Source of the DNA: Octopus bimaculoides
Lineage: Eukaryota
NCBI RefSeq assembly: GCF_001194135.2
Contig: NC_068992.1
Location: 32,554,998-32,589,411 of the forward strand
Direction: 5' to 3'
Length of the DNA stretch: 34,414 nt
The notes under the pieces were generated by a model. It made no database searches and had not been told where the DNA came from. It was given only the letters and a program-made list of their open reading frames with translations. The translations under genes were made by a program, and so were the position numbers. Of this stretch, positions 23,099 through 33,112 are shown one piece after another (within the stretch, counting starts at the first letter, position 1; every line of letters begins with the position of its first letter).

Positions 23099-23100
<2 letters not shown>

Positions 23101-23138
<38 letters not shown>
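23101..23138. repeat. (AC)n microsatellite
   Basis: Direct reading. Confidence 0.97.
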
Positions 23139-23139
<1 letters not shown>

Positions 23140-23716
23140 GAATGCCGATTTCTTCTTTTCGCTCTGTGCGAAATAGTCAAGAAAACTCTAAATTGAATAA
23201 CTACAATATTAATTATTATAATATTATATAGTTAACTGGTATTCTTATTGCAACAATATCAATTTGTTACGTTTGAAAGAATTAATAAAATCTGGATATA
23301 TGCTATTTATAGACCTTTCAATAAAAAAATAATATCAATTATATTTATCGAGGATCGGTACTCAATCCTTGCTCTGTTTATAATACTTGATTTTTATTTA
23401 ATCATATTTCCCTTCCATAATGTATAATAGAGGAACTTCTTGTTAGTTACTGTGAATAGCCCTTATTTAAGTAACTTCAAACCTGTAACTTCTAAAGAAG
23501 TAGTAATATTTTGATATCCATTATTGTAGCCTAACTCTATACCTATGGGATAATATAGGTTGTAGTTATTGTAGCTCCAACTTTATCTTCATATTTGTTA
23601 CGAAATTCTCCTTCCGATAAACTAAATGAAGAATATAATAATTTTGTTAGTTACTATAAACAATATTTTTTTATAGCAATAACTTTAAATAAAGAGAGAA
23701 GTTCTTATATATTATT

Positions 23717-23862
23717 AACGTTTATATTTTTTTAATAATATATAAACGTTTATATTTTTTAAATAATATATAAACGTTTATATTNNNNNNNNNNTTTATA
23801 TTTTTTAAATAATATATAAACGTTTATATTTTTTTAATAATATATAAACGTTTATATTTTTT
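23717..23862. repeat. 28-bp minisatellite (aacgtttatattttttaaataatatata), 5 visible units, spanning a 10-N gap
   Basis: The aacgttt core recurs with 28-bp spacing on each side of the gap. Unit junctions contain the perfect palindrome ATATAAACGTTTATAT. Confidence 0.9.
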
Positions 23863-24244
23863 ACACATTTTATTGCAATCTCTAGATTAAGTAAGGCCCT
23901 GATATTTAATTTATATACTCATATACTGTTGTTGTATGTTATTACAATCGCAAAATATTGTCTTTGACCTAAACGAGTTTGGATTAATATTATTTGAGAT
24001 ATATAGAAATATATTTCGATAGTTGCAGATTCTATTTACTTAATTATTTTCTCCGTTGAAAATTTTGTAATTTATAATTGTAATTGCTATGTAGTTGAAA
24101 AGTTAACACTCACGCTCATAATACATAGGCATTTGAATTAATCTTTTTTTACAATCTATCCATCCTTTCACATGGAATTTCATCTATCTCTAAGCCATAG
24201 CTCTGATGAGACTTTTATAAATGAATTGAATTATTTACGTTATT

Positions 24245-24269
24245 CTGAGTTCGATTCCAGGCAATGACC

Positions 24270-24303
<34 letters not shown>

Positions 24304-24470
24304 CAACATCGGAAAATACCTTAGGAATGAGAACCCAGATTCGAAGTTCCCCCAGGACACCTGCTGAAGGTTGGAGTGTACATCAGCCGAAACGTTGTGT
24401 TAACAACAAACAGAATGAGCACAAATATCCGTCAAATGTAAACAAATATAGAACTGTGAACTGAATTGTT
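24245..24470 (+). mobile_element. Short retro-element: Pol III B-box + (TAA)n + Penelope-type minimal hammerhead motif
   Basis: GTTCGATTCC at 24249-24258, a (TAA)n/(CAA)n tract at ~24270-24308 and a hammerhead-like fold at 24356-24401. No A-box is visible upstream, so it may be 5'-truncated. Confidence 0.55.
24356..24401 (+). ncRNA. Minimal type I hammerhead ribozyme-like motif with a mutated core (CUGCUGA instead of CUGAUGA)
   Basis: Helix I gacac (24356-60) / gtgtt (24397-401); core ctgctga (24361-67) plus an extra A; helix II ggttg (24369-73) / cagcc (24384-88); GAAAC (24389-93); palindromic ACGT helix III; GUU cleavage triplet (24394-96). This architecture matches the minimal dimer-forming hammerheads described in Penelope-like elements. 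Confidence 0.6.
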
Positions 24471-24599
24471 TATAAATCAAATAATGTATATACGCTGAAA
24501 GAAATTGTTGACTCTTTTGGTTATTTAATGATTTTTTGGTTATATTATACCATATTATATTATATTATATTATATTCTTAGTATACTATGTTATATACG

Positions 24600-25965
24600 T
24601 TGCGAGGGGTATTTGAGGACAGTTTTGGTATACAATAGAACAACTATGTTTCAGTATAAATAAATATTATTTGAATAAACATAAATGCAGTTTGTGTTGA
24701 TAATGATTTTTTAAGCAAATTATTTTATTAAATCGCTTTCGGCTTCGATCACTGCTTCAATGTGGGACCTAAAACGCTTGCATGCTGACACTTTATCGTC
24801 CTTATTCAGTTTGGACATCACCTGGACAATAGCTGGCTTCAGTGAAGCTATGACATTATGAAGATGACGGTTAGTCTCCCTTTCAACAGCGCTCCACACG
24901 TAGTAGTCCATGGGTTCAAATCTGGCGAGCTTGGAGCCCACATATTGGGTGTTACATAATCGTAAAGATTGCCTGACGTTCATGGGTGACTAGAACTTTG
25001 TGAGGTGCTGTATCAATTGCATACTTCATCAATCCATGGCTTCATAACAGTTTTCAGTAACTCAATGTATCAGCAGCATTAATTCCAAGACCCTATGGAA
25101 AAAATGTGGTTGCATCACATGAACTTCGCTACTCACCACTCCTAAAACCATCAACGTTGCTGGAAGTTTCGTGTGCATCACTCAGGGTACTTCAGAAGGA
25201 TCTGCACATATCCACCTGTCATTTCCTCCCTTAGACTTTTGAATATGGTCGAAGATTTTTTTCGTCAAAGAAAAACCAAATCATGTTTTGTTCGTGAGGG
25301 TTTTTCACTTTGTTGAGTAACCGTTTGAACGGATGAAACGGTTTGTCTGCGTCTTTGCAGACACGTATTGATTTAGCAAGCAAGGCCTTATTTCAGGAGG
25401 GGGGGTACAATGATGTAATCAAGACGAAGGCTCAGAAATACTGTGTATTTTCTCTTGATGACCCCATAAACTTGCTAGCATCCAGTATGTGGAGCTTTCA
25501 ACTGGTAGTACTTGCATCTGCAAGTTGTTTGCAAAAGATCAAAGTATTCAGTGCAGCTACTCAGTATGAAGGTAACATAATTTCTTGATGCAGCAGCACC
25601 CATATATTATGGTTTCTTCCTCCCTTTCGATCCTTCAGTCAGGCAGGCCCTTTAAAGGTCACAGATGCTATAATCTTTAAAGGACATAATCGAATATCAC
25701 GATGTACCACAATTCTGCTAGTCCACTATGACAATCGAGGTTCTTTAGCAATGAACCTCATTGATCTTCAGAGGTTCTCATTGATATTTTTTTTTAACAT
25801 GCGGTATAACTCCCAGTATCCTTTTAGTGTCTGAGCGTTGTGAATGTCTTTTTTTTTCTCTTTGATACAAGTAAAACATTACAATTACACACCTCCAATT
25901 CCAACCGAACTTTGTGTACAAATGATCATACAGCATTTAGAAAGTTACGAATTTCTAAATGACTG
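24600..25965 (-). mobile_element. Tc1/mariner (maT/DD37D-like) element, pseudogenised, with a ~300 bp insertion
   Basis: The minus strand reads RSMRFIAKE..WTSRIVVHRDIR (25680-25780); SAKTQTNRFIRS.RLLNKVKNPHEQNMIWFFFDEKN; NDRWICADPSEVP.VMHTKLPATLMVLGVVSSE.HVMQPHFF; YIELLKTVMKPWID; PMDYYVWSAVERETNRHLHNVIASLKPAIV...ACKRFRSHIEAVIEAESDLIK* (ORF 24720-24983). Outer boundaries are approximate and TIRs were not confidently matched. Confidence 0.92.
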
Positions 25966-26289
25966 TGGTTTGCTTGTATAGCAACTATGACTGCATGTAT
26001 TTTCATTTCTTGAGTTAGCATATCTTGAAAGGCTTATCTGGAAAAAAAATGATGCATTAAACAAATTGAAGGAGTAGTGAACTAAAAACAAAATGTCCTC
26101 AAATACCCTTCGCACCCTGTTCTGTTTTATAATATTGGATTGTCAATTGTGTCGCCATTTAATTCATTGCATATATATATATGTGTGTGTGTGTGTCTGT
26201 GTATGTGTGCATGTGTGTGTGCGCGCGCGTGTGTGTGTGCGCGCATGCGCACGCACGTGTGTTTATACGTGTGTGTATGTATTCGTTGT

Positions 26290-26515
26290 GCGTCTTTGTG
26301 TCTGTATTGGTCTTTCACCGATGCTTCACAACCAGTGTTGATTTGTTTGCGTTCCTGTAACATAGCAGTTCGTCACGAGAGACATATAAGAATAAGTACC
26401 CAGTTTTAAAAGAAGTACTGGGGTAGATTCATTATACTTTATATTATTTAAAGTGGTGCCCCAGCATGGCCACAATCCAGTGATTCAAAGAGATAGAAGA
26501 TAAAAGATAAAATGT
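26290..26515 (+). mobile_element. SINE-like repeat copy (3' body with (A/G)-rich tail)
   Basis: ggtgccccagcatggc (26455-26470) matches the reverse complement of 27100-27115 at 15/16 positions. Also present are tggggtagat and agaataagtac, a tail agatagaagataaaagataaaa, and a GT-rich tract upstream. Confidence 0.72.
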
Positions 26516-27059
26516 GTACTCTTCGGTACCGAACAATCGCAAGAAATATATTAGAAAGCAATAAAACAAACTTGTAAATTGTCCGAGTCTGAGGAAAGCC
26601 TCAGGAAGTCCTCTGAATAGGTAAGTTTTGATCTCTGCTATATACGACAGTAAAATATGAGCACATCAACAGGAAAAAATGTTGGCAACGTGTCTGCTGG
26701 TTTAATACGGATAAAAGGCAAGCAATGAAATAGCTATTTTCTCTGTCTTTCTCTTTCTTGACCACTCACTCATTATTTTCTTTCCTTCTCGAAAATAAGA
26801 GAATACAAACAAAATAACATCAGCGCTCTTACTATGACTGAAAGCAAGCAGTAAACATATTACCTTCCCTTCCCTATGTTTCCGTTGACAACTTTATACA
26901 AAGAAATGACGGAATGAGAAATAAAAGTAAATATGACTACAATGAATCTAGTGGAAATTACTAACAATCAATTATATATCATAAAAAAAACATTTACCAT
27001 AGTAAAATAGTAAGGCAGGCAGTGCACGCGTTGCATTCTTAGACCCTTCGCCATATTTC

Positions 27060-27160
27060 TATTTATTCTTTTATTACTTTTTTCATTAATTTGACTGTAG
27101 CCATGCTGGAGCACCATCTTTATTCAAAAGAATCGACCCCAGGACTCATTCTTTGTAAGC
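27060..27160 (-). mobile_element. SINE-like repeat copy, truncated
   Basis: ttgactgtagccatgctggagcacc...aatcgaccccaggactcattctttgtaagc belongs to the same family as 16112-16300 and 26290-26515. Confidence 0.75.
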
Positions 27161-27207
27161 AGAATAGGGGCAACATTAGAATCTCGGAGGCTATCCTCAA
27201 ACACCAA

Positions 27208-27257
27208 AAGAAACCCATAATAAACAACAGAAGAAACCCATAATAAACAACAGAAGA
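27208..27257 (+). repeat. 23-bp perfect tandem duplication (aagaaacccataataaacaacag x2)
   Basis: Direct reading. A 13-bp repeat gtctgatatagta also occurs at 27388 and 27404. Confidence 0.95.
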
Positions 27258-28789
27258 GAGTTACAGGAAGGTAGGTGGTTGCTATAGAAACACCTTTCCA
27301 ATCCACACACGCACATCGGCAACATTCGTCTATATCTTAAAAATGGGGTCATAACCCCGAAATATTGAATACAAGGTAAGTCTACATGTCTGATATAGTA
27401 CAAGTCTGATATAGTAAATGAGGAAAGAAGTAACAGAACAAAAGAACGCTTTTGAAAGAAAAGGGGTCAGAGAGAAAGGGAACCATGGGAAAACTATATC
27501 AAAGAAACCTGGACCTCTGCCCTCCATTCATAATTAGAAGAATCCTCACTTTCAAATAAGACAACAATAATAATGAAGAGGTTTGCCATCAGAACATTTG
27601 TCTACCATTTACATCGGTGAAAACGAAATCAATAGATTGCTTCCCATCGACCTGTTTTCAAAACCAAGCAGTTTTCCGATTTGCTCTGCCAATTAGGAAA
27701 TATGCAACGATGATTAATCGAAAAGAATTGTAAATGAGCAGATGTTTTGTCAAAAATATTCCATCTAGCAAAGGCTTCTAACACACTAAAATATTAACAA
27801 AACAAATCTATCAGCTTTGCGAATAATGTCTGGACAGTGAATTGCACTTAGAAAACAGAACACGGATGCAAACAAGGAAGATGTAACTATAACAGGGTTA
27901 AAGAAAGATTACCCAACAAAGTGTTCCATATATTATATACGCATCATTACACTCTCGAATGCATAATGGACTGAATTGATTAATTGAGATTTCTATCGCA
28001 ATTAGAATACACAATACTCTACAAGAGTTCATAAATTGAAAACTACAAAGAAAGAAGAAAACTTCAATAAATATGAGCAAACAGAAAATATTTGGTAATT
28101 AATAGCATTATAATTAGTAAATAATTTTACTTTTAAATACTGGGATGTTTCGCTGATAAGGTTTATGAGTATCAAAAAAAGCCCTTCCTCATTACCAGCT
28201 AATTAAATATAAGATTCATTCCTTATTACAAAAATAGCTTTTGCTCCATTGCTTTTTGTCTTAGCTGCAGATTTTGTAGTTTAGCTGGAAGCCTATTCTC
28301 AGTTAATTGAAGTTAAACTCAGTATGATATATATGTGAGACAATACCATGTATGTATTTAGCATCCAGAAAGCATTCTTCAATAATTCACCGTCATCTGT
28401 ATTGTACAATTTCATAAGCATCACTGTTTTTCTTGTTTTATACAAACTTGTTTTATGCAAACTTAACTTAATAAGTTTCGCAGATAATTACTCGATGTCA
28501 ATTCGTTGTCAACTTTTATGCACGAATTAGAGCTATACCTGCATGAAGTTTAAAATTATTTTATTATTTATAATGGTATAACCATCCGTGGTATGGCTCT
28601 TAGTACACTTGCACTAGAAAGACTGTAAACACAGTGTATTTAATAACCAACAATTAATTCACATTATGTTACATTATGGAGATAAAGGAAAGTTAAGTAG
28701 GGGTGTTGGGGATTACCTAAGGGATGGTGTGTATATATGTTGTGTTGTTATTTAGGTTGCATTTCAATGTGTGATAAAATTTTAAGGTA

Positions 28790-30190
28790 TGAAAAAGTGG
28801 TGGTTTTATGTACTTAGGGCCTAATCATATTCAGTACTGTCGAGTTGTATTTCAATATGTGAAATGCATCTTTTAGGCATAGCTTACAGGCTAAGCGTTA
28901 ACCTTTGCATGGAAGCCCTAAATCTTTTATGGATCATGACAAAATGTAGGGAATATTTCTATTTTTGAGATGATGTATGTGACTGGCGAGTTTTGTTGAT
29001 TTACTGTGTTTCTCGTATATGAAAGTATTGAGATGAGCAGCATATCGCTGTTTAAAACTTTTGATTGATCCTATATATATATATATNNNNNNNNNNNNNN
29101 NNNNNNNNNNNNNNNNNNNNNNNNNNNNNNNNNNNNNNNNNNNNNNNNNNNNNNNNNNNNNNNNNNNNNNNNNNNNNNNNNNNNNNNNNNNNNNNNNNNN
29201 NNNNNNNNNNNNNNNNNNNNNNNNNNNNNNNNNNNNNNNNNNNNNNNNNNNNNNNNNNNNNNNNNNNNNNNNNNNNNNNNNNNNNNNNNNNNNNNNNNNN
29301 NNNNNNNNNNNNNNNNNNNNNNNNNNNNNNNNNNNNNNNNNNNNNNNNNNNNNNNNNNNNNNNNNNNNNNNNNNNNNNNNNNNNNNNNNNNNNNNNNNNN
29401 NNNNNNNNNNNNNNNNNNNNNNNNNNNNNNNNNNNNNNNNNNNNNNNNNNNNNNNNNNNNNNNNNNNNNNNNNNNNNNNNNNNNNNNNNNNNNNNNNNNN
29501 NNNNNNNNNNNNNNNNNNNNNNNNNNNNNNNNNNNNNNNNNNNNNNNNNNNNNNNNNNNNNNNNNNNNNNNNNNNNNNNNNNNNNNNNNNNNNNNNNNNN
29601 NNNNNNNNNNNNNNNNNNNNNNNNNNNNNNNNNNNNNNNNNNNNNNNNNNNNNNNNNTATATGTATGTATATATATATAGCTGTAAAATTGTATAATGTT
29701 TTGAGGACGGTGCATTTATAAAGTACATTAGATCTTCTACAATTGTAGAGGGCAGATGGACCCAGGACGGCAGTTACAAGTGGGTGCATTTTGGGGGTTA
29801 TTTTCAGGAATGGAGGAGGTAATACTGTCATAGGAGAAGTTAGAGATAGTGAGAGAAAGGTCTTTGTTATTAGTATTATTATTACTATTATCGTTATTAT
29901 TATTATCCTTGTTGTTAATTATTCTATCTGTAACGGTGCTAGAGGTTGTGGTAATATTCTGGATAGTGTTAGTAGGATACGTTGGGTTATGGTTGTGGTG
30001 TAACCTATGGGGTTCAATGCTGGAGCTGTGTATATGCTGGGCGTTCGTGTATTCAAAGTTATTATGTGAGTTTTGATAGTAGAGAGAAAGTTTTTCTTTA
30101 TTAGACGCTGCTATAATAGACTCGAAGTTGCGTGAGGTGGCTTAAGATAGCTTCAGAGTAGATCTATTGAAGATAGAGTAATATTTATGT
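28790..30190 (-). mobile_element. Penelope-like element fossil (GIY-YIG endonuclease region), split by (TA)n and a gap
   Basis: The minus strand reads HKYYSIFNRSTLKLS*ATSRNFESIIAASNKEKL (~30190-30090); APTCNCRPGSICPL / NCRRSNVLYKCTV (~29790-29705); YIGSIKSFKQRYAAHLNTFIYEKHSKSTKLASHIHHLKNRNIPYILS*SI...CKLCLKDAFHIL (~29077-28860). This is the typical PLE series 'IFNRNTVKISYS...CNCR...CPL.G.CL...VYKA...YIG.T...FK.RY..H..SF'. Confidence 0.9.
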
Positions 30191-30231
30191 TAACGAGGGA
30201 AGTTGAACACCTGCACGTATGTTTGTGACTG

Positions 30232-30495
30232 TGCATGTATGTGTATATGTATGTGCACGCATATAAGAACATGCAAGCGGATATATGTGTGTGTAAATAT
30301 GTGTGCATGGATATTTGTGCATGTATGTATATGTATGTGGGTATATATATATATATATCTGTGTGTGTGTGTGTGTGTGCGTGCGTATGTGTTTATATGT
30401 ATATGTACGTGCACATGTATACACAAATATATATGAGTGAGTGTGTGCATGTGTATATATTTATACGTATGTACTTGTATGCACGCTTGCATGTG
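30232..30495. repeat. Degenerate (TG)/(TA) microsatellite field
   Basis: Direct reading. Confidence 0.9.
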
Positions 30496-32689
30496 ACCGG
30501 ATATTGTTGACCGGCCACACACGTGTCGAGGCTTCTTATATAATTCGATATGGATATATTTGGGTTATTTATATGCATTCATGACATTGTGTCTGCTTTT
30601 CTGTGGGTATGTAAAAGTATTTCATTTATTTCCCCAGTTTTCTCTGCTGACGAGGCAAAAACCTTTGTGTTAATCCAGATATTGGCCGACCCATCGATAA
30701 CTCAATTTTATGACTTTCCTTAGATGGTTTCCTTGATTTTCAACACGTGTGTAATAATAATAGTGATGATATTTAATGTGGTTCGACGATTCAGCATCTC
30801 CTTTCAACATATAGGCAAGATATTTTTCTATGTTCTTAATTATAATGATATATATAAAATTTCTTTATTCCTTTGGAATACGAAATCTTAAAACGGGAGA
30901 TGTTGCGCGGGAGTATGATGCCCCCTTGCAATAATGGACTGGACCACTACATACAAGTAGTTTGAATAAGTGGGGTAGTTCGTGCTAGTTCCACAGATCC
31001 TCCTCGTTCTACAGGTCTTGTGTTGATAGTTCAAAGTTGGAGTTCAAAGTTTACAGTTCGAGTTAGCGTGTGGGATTGTTAGTTTCTAAAAGCTCGTTGG
31101 TACGCTGTGTATGTTTACTGCCGTTTGTTCGATTATACTGTTATATCACTGTTACAGTGTATTCGTTTATCTACAAGGATATAATACATACACACACACA
31201 CACACACACNNNNNNNNNNNNNNNNNNNNNNNNNNNNNNNNNNNNNNNNNNNNNNNNNNNNNNNNNNNNNNNNNNNNNNNNNNNNNNNNNNNNNNNNNNN
31301 NNNNNNNNNNNNNNNNNNNNNNNNNNNNNNNNNNNNNNNNNNNNNNNNNNNNNNNNNNNNNNNNNNNNNNNNNNNNNNNNNNNNNNNNNNNNNNNNNNNN
31401 NNNNNNNNNNNNNNNNNNNNNNNNNNNNNNNNNNNNNNNNNNNNNNNNNNNNNNNNNNNNNNNNNNNNNATAGATAGATAGATAGATTAAATATGTTATG
31501 GAAAGTGTGGGTTATTTACGGAGAGCTAATACGAAAAAATACAGAGTAGAGGAAATTGAAAGCGCAAATAATAGGCAGTCAAACAGATTCCTGAACGCAT
31601 AAATGAAGATATTCAATCAATGTAATAGAATCATATATGTTTATACACAGCAACATAAATCATGTATATACAGGTGTAAAGACTCTTCAAAGGTATAAGG
31701 AATAAACCCAAACGTACCTAAAATTATAGAAGAAATATAAAAACATATAAAAATACATATAAAATTACACATAAATAAAGATTACACGTAAAGATTTATG
31801 CATAATAAATGTAGGAGGCACAGTGAAATACTAACCCTAATAATTACTGCAATCTGACCAGTAGGGTGAATCATAAACCTAAATCAGTAAACAATATCCA
31901 TGCACAAATGAGTGCTATACCTGCATGAAATTTAAAACGTCTTTTTCTACATATGATAGAAGAGCAATGGGATGTATCAGCGTTATTGCACGCACACTAG
32001 AGTGACCCTAAAAACAGCGTATTTAACAATCTACAATTAATCCGCATTATATTACATATTGGTCAGCTTTCTTACGTAGAAGACGAAAACAAATTGAATG
32101 GGTGCTGACAGTTTTCAAGTTAAATGGTTTTTAATCTTATATATTCACAACATGTGTGCCCCGGATCTCACTTCAGAATACCCCTCCACTCCCATTTGTT
32201 TTTACATTGACAAATACTTTTGCATAATACACTATACAATAGGCCTAAACTTGTCAATTCCTTGTGCGGAAATAACATATAGCGGTCGTACTATGCATTC
32301 ATTATTCTTCGCAACTATATGACCTAACACATTTGCGTAACACTAGTAGTCGCCCAGCGTAGATGCAACAACGTTAGCATAAATGAAAGCAGAAATTTTA
32401 TGAATATGCACGCAAGTACATTAAAATTAATACTCACGTGGTGGATGAATAGATCAGTTGAATAGTCGCACTGTTTAAACGTGTATACAAACCAAAATAA
32501 TATTATATATACAGAGGTGGGCGTGCTTCTACCTATCATATAACAGCTAATTAGCGAAGTTAACTTTTCAGTTAGCTGATTAGCGTTTACGCTAACTTTG
32601 AGAACTCTTCGCGGCCCAATTAGCCTTCGCTAGTGTTAGTTCCCATAACTATAAGTCTGCTAACAAAATTGATTCTTTGTTCCTGTATG

Positions 32690-32740
32690 TTGTGGGCGTG
32701 TCTCGAAGAGTCCGCCAGACACGCTATTGGCTGACTACGT
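32690..32740 (+). promoter_or_regulatory. Promoter-like CpG-richer segment of the hAT element (GC box, reverse CCAAT)
   Basis: gggcgtg at 32694-32700, tccgcc, and ATTGG at 32726-32730, about 400 bp upstream of the transposase ATG. This is motif presence only. Confidence 0.3.
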
Positions 32741-32888
32741 GTACACGCTACAAGACGTATTTAGTCGAGGCAGCAGCTGCTAGCTGAGCAGCATTGTGTA
32801 ATTTTGCAGTTTTGAGTTGTGTTCACTTACGACGTTGTCACATTACAGATAGTCTTACAGTATCAGTGACATGGCCATGAGGTCTGCC

Positions 32889-33090
32889 TACTGGCACTGT
32901 TACTAAAAGAGCCGGAGTTGATCCTCTCCTCAAACTAGAGTGCATAAAATGGATGTTTATTCTTGGCATGCGAATTCATGTTGTAGAGGTTCTTCGTGTG
33001 TCCCTTAATAGTGGTCTCCTTAAGTTGCATATGACGTACCGGAAGTTTAAGATTTTGTCGTTCCTCTTATCCTTTGACTTCAGGACAAAT
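32889..33090 (-). repeat. Inverted duplicate of the hAT transposase BED-finger region (partner 33257-33483)
   Basis: Anchors: atatgacgtaccggaagt / acttccggtacgtcatat; ttgatcctctcctcaa / ttgaggagaggatcaa; tactggcactg / cagtgccagta. The minus-strand translation is VLKSKDKRNDKILNFRYVIC.LKETTIKGHTKNLYNMNSHAKNKHP. Confidence 0.93.
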
Positions 33091-33112
33091 TATCAAATTA
33101 TCGCTTATCGTT

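Noticed and set aside
23717-23862. CRISPR-like 28-bp periodic repeat
   Set aside because: The units are contiguous with no unique spacers, there are no cas genes and the context is eukaryotic. It is a minisatellite.
24203-24230. ctgatgagacttttataaatgaat, a hammerhead-like start
   Set aside because: No closing helix II or GAAAC; the 8-mer is expected by chance.
24249-24258. tRNA gene suggested by the GTTCGATTCC T-loop/B-box
   Set aside because: No cloverleaf, A-box or acceptor stem; treated as a SINE-like head instead.
27600-28000. Possible I-clade LINE 3' zinc-knuckle remnant (TKCSILYTHHYTLEC)
   Set aside because: A single weak motif among many stops; not supportable without a search.
30655-30690. 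ctgacgaggcaaaaacc, a hammerhead-like start
   Set aside because: No GAAA after the putative helix II and no helix I partner.
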